Below, one piece after another: positions 39,501 through 49,557 of a DNA stretch of 64,000 nt. Numbering within the stretch: position 1 is the stretch's first letter; each line of letters begins with the position of its first letter. A program made the translations under genes and the position numbers. Under the pieces are notes generated by a model. That model was given only the letters and a program-made list of their open reading frames with translations. It had not been told where the DNA came from and did not search any database. The stretch covers positions 1,768,032 to 1,832,031 of the forward strand of contig JAAOMT010000436.1 of the NCBI GenBank assembly GCA_016748015.1, written 5' to 3'. Source of the stretch: Geosiphon pyriformis uo1 (taxonomy: Eukaryota; Fungi; Glomeromycota).

Positions 39501-41214
39501 GTTCTGTGAACAATTTTTTAGCTGGTGTGATCAGAATTTTTTTGGATTGTGAATTGTCTTTGGCAAACATTCTGTCTAGTGCTTTTAGGGATCCTGGTGT
39601 TTTTTCTATGCCTGTGATTCTGGGGGAGTCCTTGTTTCTTAGTTGTGTTCATTCTCTGAAGCATTTTGGGGTCGCCTTTGGTGACAGACTTCTTGACAAA
39701 AAGGGTGCTGTAATAGATTGGAAGACTTTTCGTCATTGAAAGAGACTTGATCCCAGGAGCCCTGTGCCTCATTGGTTCAATGTCACACATAAGTTTTTGC
39801 TAGATAGGGGCTTGGCACCATCTGCTATTGATGATGCTGGTGGTTCTTTGGGCTGTAGTGTTTTGGACTCTAAACAGTTTGCTTTTGTGCATGATGATCT
39901 GCTTGAGGTTTGGTCTGACTCTTTGGATGTTTATACTGATGGTTCATTAAAATCAGCTGGCTCTGCCAGTGTAATTAGTGGGGCCACTGCTTATTTTTCT
40001 GCTTTGGATACAGTAGTTGGTATTGGTGTATGTGGGCTTTTATCTTCAACTCTGTCGGAATTGCAGGCTGTGGCTCTTACTCTGGAATGCATTCCTTCCT
40101 CCTGTTCAGTGGTTTTGCATCTTAACAGCCAAGCTGCCATTAATGCGTGTGTGTCTGAATTGGCTTTTGTTATCCCTGACTTTTGCAATCATTGTTGGAT
40201 TGAGAGAAAACATGTTGCCAATTTGATTAGGGATAAGGATCTTGCTGTGAGTTGGGTTAAGGTCAAGGGTCATTCTGAAGTTCCTGGCAATAATCGAGTT
40301 GATGCACTGGCTGGTGAGACTGCTGGCTCTTCCATTTCTTTGCCATCTGGAGTTCGTGAGTGTTTTCTGTTGGCTGAAGGTACTGTGGTTTTGGTTAATG
40401 CTCGTCACTTTGTCAGAGATGTTTTTAGATCTGTTTGTCATGCTCGTTGGGAGGCTGGTCTGGGTTATAATGTGGTTCCAGCTATTCCATTGCAGTGTTT
40501 TGATTGGGACATTTCCACGCGGGTCTGGCATCCTGACTTGCCATGCTTGCTGAATTTACCAGCCGGAAATTGGCAAGTTTTCGCACATACTTGATGAAGG
40601 CTCTACATAGAAGATTGCTGGTGGCTGTTCGCAAAAAATTGTACAATAAATGTTATCCTGGTGTTCAGTGTTTATTGTGCAGTGAGGTGGAGTTGCCCGA
40701 CCATGTTTTTACTTGTTCTCGAGATGTTTATGTGTGGGGGGATATTCTGTCAAAGACATCTGCTCGTTGGATTTCTGTGGCTGGTGTGTGTAACTTATCT
40801 TCTTTCTCTGTCTTAAGGACTCTTGATCTTTGCTGGTTGGACGTTGGCTTGTATTCAGTTATGTGTAGAGAATTTGTGTTTAAGGATTGGTGTACAGAGG
40901 CTGTTGGCATTTTTGAGGATGTTAAGTGTGCATCTGGTATGGTTGTTGACTTTGTGAGGTATTTGGTTGAGTTATATTGATCTAAGGTGTGGTTGGCTAG
41001 GTCTAAATTTAGGGTGGACATAGAGAAGGCAGGTTTGGTTGGTAATAATGATTTGGTATTAGGGCTGTCGCATTGTATGACTTTTATGCTTTCAGATGGG
41101 GTGATCAGGTTGCTTGGCATTGTGGAGTCTTTTGCTGTAAGTTTTGGCCATCGCAGGTCTTGTCCTTTTTTTTCCAGTTTGGATGATAATCTATGTGTTA
41201 GTTTGAATGTATAG
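36524..41214 (+). pseudogene. LINE ORF2: EN (~36540-37230), RT (~38080-39060), RNase H (~39920-40320), CCHC (~40670-40716)
   Basis: NVRGIN, GGDFNE, DTDH; LQDMSKAYDSV, GLDQSEVFSP, GAFMDDTI, RYLGIF; VYTDGS...ELQAV...WVKVKGHSEVPGNNRVDALA; CLLCSEVELPDHVFTC. Confidence 0.93.
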
Positions 41215-41444
41215 TGTTGTCTTGTTTGGCCCGAGTGGCTAGCCACATGTAGAAAGTGCATGAATCACGTTTAGTTTGAGCCATTTGGTTTGGTTCTATG
41301 TACTAGGTAGCAGTTGGGCTTCACTTGTTAAAATAAATAATAATAAAAAAAAACAATAATATTTTTAATAATAAAACAAATTAAATATATATTAATTTTT
41401 TTTTTAAATTTTATAATCATAATTAAAACAAAAAATAAAAATTG

Positions 41445-43028
41445 GATCTCTGTGGTCTAGTTTCTGATTGGTTCAGTTTTTTTGTTGCCTTTCTCAATAA
41501 TATGGCTTCTTTTCCTGTTTGTCTTTCTAATCTTGAGAGTGCTGAAGGCTTTTTGAGTATTCTTGGGTTTCGGGAGTTTAAGTTAGTATGTGATTAATTG
41601 TCTTGTGTCAGTGCTGGTTGTCTATCTGTCTATACAGATAGTTCTCTAAGGGATTTAGGCATCATACAAAAAAAGACTGGTGCTGCTGTCTTTTTTGAAG
41701 ACATTAGTCTAGGTTTGGGTGTAAAGATTTCTGGTTTGTTGTTTTCTACTTTAATAGAGCTACAGGTCATAGCTTTAGTGTTAGAATGTGTTTCTCTTTT
41801 TAGTTCAATATACTTATATTCTGATAATTAAGCTGCTCTGGATGCATGCAAATTGAAATTGCATCTAATTTGTCCAGATTTTTGCAATTGGTATTGGGTG
41901 GAGCATCAGCATATTGTAGACATTATCCATTGCAAAAACTTAAAAGTGGAGTGGCTTAAAGTAAAAAGTTACTTAAGTGTTATGGGGAATGATCATGTGA
42001 ATGCTTTTGCTGCTGTTGCTTCTCTTTCTTATTAGTTTTTTTCTCTCTGTTTGAAGAGACATTGCCTTTTGGCTGGTGGTGATCTCATTTCTGGTAATTT
42101 TAGGCATTTTGTTCAGGATGTATTTAGATTTGTTCATCATATGGATTGGGAGGTTGGTTCTAATTCCAATGATATTGAACATTGATTGATTGAGTTCTTC
42201 TTCAATGTGGCATCCTGATTTGCATATGGCTATGAATTTTACAAGCAAATCCTCTGCTGGCTTGCGTACATATTTTATAAAGGTCTTATATTATCAACTA
42301 TTTGTTGCAGTTCGGAAGTGATTCTACTCCAGATATTACCCTAGTGTTTTGTGTTTGTTCTGTGGTAATATGGAGATTTCTGATCATGTTTTTTCTTGCA
42401 AAATTGACCTCCCTTCCCATTGTCAGTTGTTAAGTACCCATGTGGCTTTCTGAGAGCAGATTTCCAGTCTTTTATGTTTTTTTTCCTGTGTGTTTCAGCT
42501 TTTGTTATTATGTACTTCTAATGTTTCTGTATTCACAGCCCTCTGCAAAGATTTTGTTTTTAAAAATTGGTTTTGAAAGGCAGTATCTGTTTTTTATGAT
42601 CTTAAACTTGCAAATTGAAAGATTGTGAATTTTATGCATGCTCTTAGCCTCAGCTTTAGGGATTGTATTTGGTTGGTTTACATTAAGCATTGAGCCTTCA
42701 TGGAGAAGAACAGGTTAATTTCACTTGATAATTTGATTTCTGTTTTAGTTTTTGGAATGTTGTCAAGATTGTCTGTTGGTATTATTAGATTGCTTGGTAT
42801 TGCTGATGTTTTTGGTGTCTATTTTGGTTTTCATAAATTTTGTTCATTTTTTTCTGGTACTGGTAATGATGTTTCAGTTCACATAATTGCTTAATGTTGT
42901 TCTGATCAGTCTGAGTGGCTGGTTACATATAGGAAGAGCATGATTCATGCCTAGTTTAGATTACTTAGTTGATGTATTGTATTAGGTAGTGTTTAGATCT
43001 TACTTATAAAGCATTAATAATAAAAAAA
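41445..43028 (+). mobile_element. 5'-truncated LINE copy (RNase H, C-terminus, 3' tail)
   Basis: Begins at a DPRGPVPDWF-like motif; contains SVYTDSSL...ELQVI and WLKVKSY..GNDHVNA, C-terminal ORF 42700-42894 and tail 42892-43028. Confidence 0.88.
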
Positions 43029-43029
43029 T

Positions 43030-44955
43030 TAAAAAAGTCTTAAATATTACTTTTTTTATAATAATTAATAAAGTTTCAACAAAAAAGAGTCTTTTATTTG
43101 TTAAAACAATTAGATAAAATATCTTAACAATATTTTTTTAAATATTAATAATAAAAACTGTTTTTGGTAATTTTTAAAACATTTTTTTTTAATTAATAAT
43201 TTTTTTCTAAATAAAGTTTTTTTTAAAAAACATATTTGAATCAATTTTAGTGTTATTTTTACTTTTTTTAAAAGCTTTTAAGTTTTTAATAATAGACTAG
43301 TAAACAAACTGATTTTTTTTGTTTTTATTATTAATATTAATATTATTACTTTACAAATAACCAAAAAACCAAAAACTTTAAAAAATAATAGCAATTATTT
43401 GTATCTATTATTATTATATTAAACTTTTTTATAGTTTTAAATAAGATCTTAAATAAGATTTTTTTAATATAAACAATATTAACAATAATATATTTTTTAA
43501 AATAAACCAAGTTTAATTACTAATTATATTGTTAAATATAATGTTTTTTAACAAATTATTATTAGTTTCTAAAGCAAAACAACTTTTTAAGTTATTTAAT
43601 TTTAAGAATTAAATTAATTAAATAAAAACTAAATAAGCTTTTTTTTTGTTGTTTGGTATTGTTTCTAATAATATCTGAGAAACAATTTTTAATTATTAAA
43701 AATTCTTAAATAGATAATTTTTACTTTAATATTTAGTATTATATTTAAAATTAAATTGGTTTTAATTAATTTTTTGTTTTATTTACTGTTTAGTTTTGTT
43801 AGATTTAAGTTAGTTTTAAAGAATAATATTAGATTATTCTGTATAAATTTTGTTTTCAAGTTTTTTTTTAGTTACTATTATCAATATTGTTATTAATGTT
43901 TTTTTTAACTATACTTAAAATTGTAAAATTTTCTGTAATAGCTTTTGGTTTTTTTCACTTTTGTTATACTTTATAATATTCTTTTTGGTATATTTTTTAA
44001 TAATATTAAAAATGCTTTTAGTGTTTATTTTCTTAACTTTTATTATTATTGATATTTTGCTGTTATAATATATAATTTTTATAAATATTTGAATTTTGTT
44101 ATTATTAAAACTAGTATTTTATACAAATATTATATTTAATAAAAAACTTTTGAATATTGTTATTATTATAAATACCAAAATTTGGTTTATTTATTTGTTA
44201 ATTATAAGATTTTATGATTTTTTTATCTTAAATTTACTATTAAATTTGTTGTTAGTTCCAGATCTTTTGGGTTATTTTTTATTAACAAAAAATTTTATGT
44301 TAAGATATTTTTTTTGACATTTTTTTTATTATTTATTTGATTGTTTTTGCTATTAATTTTGTGATTAAGTTTAAGTTAATTTTTTTAAAAACTCAGATTT
44401 TGAGTTTGGTTGCTTTAATAAAATTTGTCATAAAGCTTATTGGTTTTTTGATTATTTTGGTTATTATTCTTTTGAATAATTTTTTTGTTTTATATATAAA
44501 GCTTAAAAGTATAATTAGTATTATTTAGAATAAAATATTTGTTCTTAATAAAACTGTAAATTAGTTTTTTATAAATATAATATTAATTAAAATTAAATAT
44601 AGATTTAATATTAATTTTAAAAAAATATAATATTAATTTACTTGATAATAAACTTTATATTAAGTTGCTTATTTTTTAAAAATATTAATTTAATTTTGTC
44701 AAATTTAATATAAATACAATTATTGTATAATTAAGTAATTTTATTAAAAATAATAGTATACTGATTATTATTATAAGTAAAATATCTTTTTAAAATAAGT
44801 TTTTTTTATAGTTTTAATGTAATAGTTTCTTAATTAATTTAAGTGACTAATTATATGTAAAAAATATATAATTTCTATTTAACTTAAATTATTTTGTTTA
44901 ATATATTATATTAAGTTGTATTTGAATTTTACTTGTTAAATTAATAAAAAAAAAT
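43030..44955 (+). mobile_element. Second, more eroded copy of the ORF1-only (HAL1-like) retroposon with the family 3' tail
   Basis: Colinear with 22175-24382 (e.g. aagtttttaataatagactagtaaacaa at ~43280 and ~22428; aaagcaaaacaa at ~43571 and ~22720). Eroded tail at ~44819-44940 plus an A-rich end. Confidence 0.75.
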
Positions 44956-45299
44956 AAAACTATTATTTTTTAATTTTTATATAATAAAAAATAAAAATAC
45001 AAATTAACCAAAAAAAACTTTATATATTAATTTAATATAATTAATAATAATTAAAAAATTAAAAAATTAGTAATTAATTTTTCTAATTTAAAAAATAAAA
45101 TAATATTTGAAAAAATTAAATTATTATTATAAAACTATTATAAAAACTCATTTGTACTTATTATTAAATTTATTAAAAAAATAATTTTTAATTAATATAA
45201 TTTATATTATTATTAATTAATAAAAAAAAATATTACTTTATTTAAAAAAACACCAAAAAACATTAATATTTTATGTTTTTAAATTAAATAATATTATAA

Positions 45300-46417
45300 A
45301 AAAAACTTTTTGTTTTGTTAATTTCTTGTTTATAATAAAATTATCATAAGTTAAAAGAAAGAATTTTATTTTATTTTGTTTTATTTTATTTGTTCATATT
45401 TTTAAGTATTTTTTTTAATACAAATATATTTATAACTATAAAACTGATTAACAATTTATTTAAATTATAAACACTAGAAAAAATAAAATAGAAAACTGCT
45501 TTGGCACTAAAAAAACCAAGATACATATATTTATAATTTAAAAAACTTTAATAAATAATTTTTTTAAATTATTATTAATTTAATATTATTAATTTATTGA
45601 TCAAATTTTTAACTATAAATTTTCTAAAAAGTAGTAAAATAATTGAGTATTGTTCTTAAAACAGTAAAGTTGAGAACAAAAGTAGAAGTATTAATAATAT
45701 ATCTGACTTAAAAAATTTAAAAATACAATAATAATAAAAATTAATTATATTAATTTAAATAGTATAAATAATAGTAAATTTATGAATAAAGCTATACCAA
45801 AAAATACTTATACTAAAACCTATAATTTAAAAAACCACTTATTAAACTGTTTTTTAATACATTAAATAACAATAATATTCTTGATTTTTTACTGTTTTTA
45901 TTTATTAATTCTATTCTATATTTAGATTTACAAGTTAAAAAAAAAAGAAGTTTTAATTTAATTAAGTTATTTGTATTAAATGTTAATTTTACAGTAGTGC
46001 TTGGCAAAACTTTAAATAATAAACACAAATTTGTTAAAAATTTTTTTTACAAAATTAATAGTTTTAGAAAAATATTAATTCTTTTAAAATTCCAAAATAT
46101 TATTAAGATTATATGTACTTTTAAAACTAATCTAAAAGCAACAAAGCAAATAACTATGAATAAAAAAATTCTTATTAATACCAATTTGAAAAAATTAATA
46201 TCAAATTAGATTAGAAAATTATCATTAAAAAAATTTCAGTTAATTTGTTTAAATTAGCATTGAAATTAATACTATTTAAATTTGGTAATATAAAATTAAT
46301 TAAAATACAATTAATTAATTTGGCAAAAAGTATTTATTGAGTTTAAAAGTTCTGAAGTTATTGACTTGATGTTTTTTAAATAGTCAATTTTGTTAAGTAA
46401 AAATTTGGTATATATGG
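45300..46417 (+). mobile_element. Eroded LINE, 5' UTR and first part of ORF1; interrupted by the Gypsy-like element and resuming at 62744
   Basis: Eroded FF.KINGF, IIKEIPV, LFKFG..K.IKMQLI and WSILLGKD.V motifs; 5' UTR resembles copies 1 and 2. Confidence 0.72.
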
Positions 46418-47390
46418 TATTACTTGAGTAGAAAAGTAATTAAAAACTCGTTAAAAAAAACATAAAAACTACATAATAATATAAAAAAAATATGATAATA
46501 TAAGATAACAAAATAATATAAAATAATACAGAATAATATAAAATAACTCAGAATAATACAAAATAATACACAATAACATAAAATAGCACAGAATAAATAG
46601 TAATAACATAAGATAACTAATTATAATATAAAAGAACAAAATAATAACTAATAATAACAAGCAATTAAAAGCAATTTTATAAAACTAAAAAATATGTATA
46701 AAAAAAATAGTTTTAGCAGATAGAAAAAAAATAAACTAAACAAAAATCAGCTTAATATTTTTATATTATTCTTAATTTCAGAATTTTTATCTTTTTTTTA
46801 TCTTTTATATTTTAAATTTATCAAATAAAATATTATTGTTTAATTTACAAATTTATAATTTTAATACTCTAATTGTCAAGATTTGATTAATTGTTTTTGC
46901 TTAATTTTGTTTTAAGCCAAATACTATTAGCATAAATGTTTTTGAAACTTTAATGATTTAGACCAATTATTCTTAATCACAGTAATTGACAAGATACTAA
47001 ATTTTTTTTTTATAAAATAGCAACATTAAAAATTAATTGTTTGATAATAAATTTTATAATAATTTGGTAAAAAAAAGAAACTTTTCTTAAGATTAGATAT
47101 TAATTTTATCTTGTTAACTTACCAGAAAAATAAAAAAATAATACTTAATTCTAATAATTGTGCTTACTTACTTAAAAAAAAATACAATTATAGTAACATA
47201 ATTAAAAAAACAATATCTTTATATTTTATAATAAAAAAACTTAATAAATAAAATTTTAACAAAAAAACCTTCAAAAATTAATAACTTATAATATAATTAA
47301 AGCCAATTTATTTATTTTTCATATTGTTCTTAATATTAAATTATGAGTATTAAATATTATGATTATACTTTACTAAAATTATCTATAATA
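46418..47390 (+). repeat. 5' LTR
   Basis: Aligns with 61795-62739 along its whole length; mainly transition differences. Confidence 0.85.
46470..46660 (+). repeat. Degenerate 10-bp minisatellite (ATAAYACARA-like) inside the 5' LTR
   Basis: ataatataaa/ataatacaga/ataacataaa units; same array at 61850-62050. Confidence 0.8.
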
Positions 47391-47392
47391 TT

Positions 47393-47410
47393 TAGTGTTT
47401 TTTATAAGGT
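47393..47410 (+). other. Putative eroded primer-binding site (TAGTGTTTTTTATAAGG, compatible with TGGTGCYYY..GTGAGG; elongator tRNA-Met-like)
   Basis: Lies 2 nt after the 5' LTR end; requires reversing G>A/C>T changes; tRNA identity is inference. Confidence 0.45.
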
Positions 47411-47763
47411 TATAAAATTTATAAAGACAAAGCATCCAAAAAACTTACAAAGTAGTAATTATTGAAACAGTTAAAAAAAATACTTGTTTTTTGAAAAAGC
47501 ATTATATCAATATTTTTAAGAAAATTTAAGAATTTAGAAAAAAAATTTGCAGTTAAAAATGATTTTTTTTACTATATATATATTAAGATTGACTATTATT
47601 TAGACAAAACAGCAAAATTTAGTACTTCTTTCTCTCGTTCATCCACAAATCCCAAAAAAAAGTCTAAAAAGTTTTTTTGAAAGAAGTTTTTACCATTTAG
47701 TATGATATTTTTAAACTGTTTCTATTTGATTACAAGACCACCGTTGGCCCAAATACTGCTATC

Positions 47764-49557
47764 ATGAAGAAAGCTGCTAAGAGTTCTAGTTCTGGTGATG
47801 GTTTTGAGACAGTCTTGTCGAGAAAAAAGAGGAGGGGAGGTGTTTTGGAAGATGGTTCCAGTAGCGAAAAAGTGGCTTTTAAAGTTCAGGAGAGCTGTTC
47901 ATGGGGTTCAGAAACTGGGGACACTACTGAGTCTGAGAGTATTGATATGGAAAAGGAGTGTCTGGTAGAGGAGACCAGCTTTGATTTTGGTGAAGGTGGT
48001 GCTCTGGCTGGTGGGGATCATGATCAAACACCCATGAGTTCAAAAGTCAAAACCAAAAAGGCATTGGGCAAGCTGTTAAGAAAAATTGATTTCTCAAAGG
48101 ATAATGATGGTGATAGTATTCTCTCGGATGCTCTTCTTAAGCTCCCCCCTCCTTTGAAAAGCTTGGTCAATGTTTCAATCAGGAAGTTATTCATGTTAGA
48201 TATTGGCTTAGATAAGGTGGCCAGCAATTCTTCTCAGGAAAAGCTTGTGGTGGTAAAGAAATTATTTTCTAGAATCAATGGTTTTGGGAAGGCGTCTATC
48301 CTCTCAAAATTCTCAGGGATCATCAAAATGACATTCACTTCCGAATCGAGTCTAATGAAAGCTACTGATAAGGCTGCAAGTGTGAAGATCCTAGTAAACA
48401 CTGATCTCAAAAAATCATCTGAGCGATCAGATCGGGCTGTAGTCATAAAAAAAATTCCAATTAGAACATCAGCTGAGACTGTGCATGCTGCATTATCCGA
48501 GTTTGGAGTTATTAAAGTAATTAAGATGCAATTAATTGGGTTGTGGCAGAAAGCAGTAGTAGAATTCGAGCAACTGGATCAGGCTGATTTGGTCGCAGCT
48601 GAATGGTCTATTCTAATTGGAAAAGATACTGTACGTATGGCCAGGGCTGATTCAGACAAAGAGGCATGAAATGCAAGGGATCAACATAGGGCAATGCTTT
48701 ACACATTGTCAATGGGGACTAATGCTCACAATATTTGGGATTTTGTTAAATCTGTGGGTAGAAAAACATGTGTCATTGATCATCATTCTGTTATGTATGC
48801 TCAGACCAGGTGCGCTGTTGTTTGCTTCGACTCTACTGAATCATTGAATGCTGCCGTGGAAATCACGCCAGTACTTAGAAACACCAATCTCCGCTGGTCT
48901 CATCTCATCTCTACTAAATGCACCAAGTGTGAGAAGTTGGGTAATACGTTATTGGGTTGTGTAGTTGGTAGGAAGTTTTCTTCTGGTAATTCACTGCGTA
49001 GGGCTTTCTCAAACACAGATAAAAGCAGGCTGGCAGCCATTTATGCCAAATGCTCAGCTCCAGTTGCTCATCTGGTCTCTTTTGGTGGTCTCTCTTGGGC
49101 AAAAGTTGTTTATGGGTCTTCTTCACTCTCCCTCTCTAGTCAGAAGGTTTTGGTAGACAATGGCTCCTTTTCGGAGATGAAGCCATCCCTGCCAGTTACG
49201 ATAGAGGTCAACAATAGGTTCACTGCTCTTGAGCACAGTCTCGCCTGCCTTGCGGAGCAAGTTGGTAAGCTGGTTAAGAGGTTGGATGCACTCAGGCCAA
49301 TGGTTCTCCAGCTTAGCTCTGGATGTCAGCCATTGGTGACCCCTTCATCACAGGATCAAGGGGCAGATGTAGTAATGAGTGGGGGCTCGGGTGTGTCCAC
49401 TAGTGGTGAGACTGTTGTAGGAGTGGTGTCTTTTAATATGTCTTTAGTGTCTAAGCTAGAAAACAGCATGAGGTGTCTAATGGAAACAGTTTTGGGCTTT
49501 TCGGCCAAAGTGGATAGTATAGGTGTGCGTTCGGTGTCTCTACTTCTTACTCAATGA
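47764..49557 (+). pseudogene. LINE ORF1 (one internal TGA at 48667-48669)
   Basis: ORFs 47764-48669 and 48694-49557 are in frame; LSEFGVIKVIKMQLIGLWQKAVVEF RRM-like block; CTKCEKLGN....C knuckle. Confidence 0.9.

Larger units (their letters stand above)
34437..41349 (+). mobile_element. Near-full-length LINE with RNase H (copy 2), inactivated
   Basis: 13-bp TSD AAAACAATAATAT at 34424-34436 and 41350-41362; 5' UTR homologous to copy 1; ORF1, ORF2, 3' tail 41212-41330, then an (AAT)n/A tail. Confidence 0.93.

Noticed and set aside
41212-41330. 3' tail as a known ribozyme (hammerhead, twister, pistol, HDV) or SECIS element
   Set aside because: No CUGANGA/GAAA core or other diagnostic motif arrangement could be matched by eye; retained only as an unclassified structured element.
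46469-46660. Hydrophobic 63-aa ORF on the minus strand and regular repeats resembling a CRISPR array
   Set aside because: It is the antisense of a 10-bp LTR minisatellite; no unique spacers, and the context is eukaryotic.
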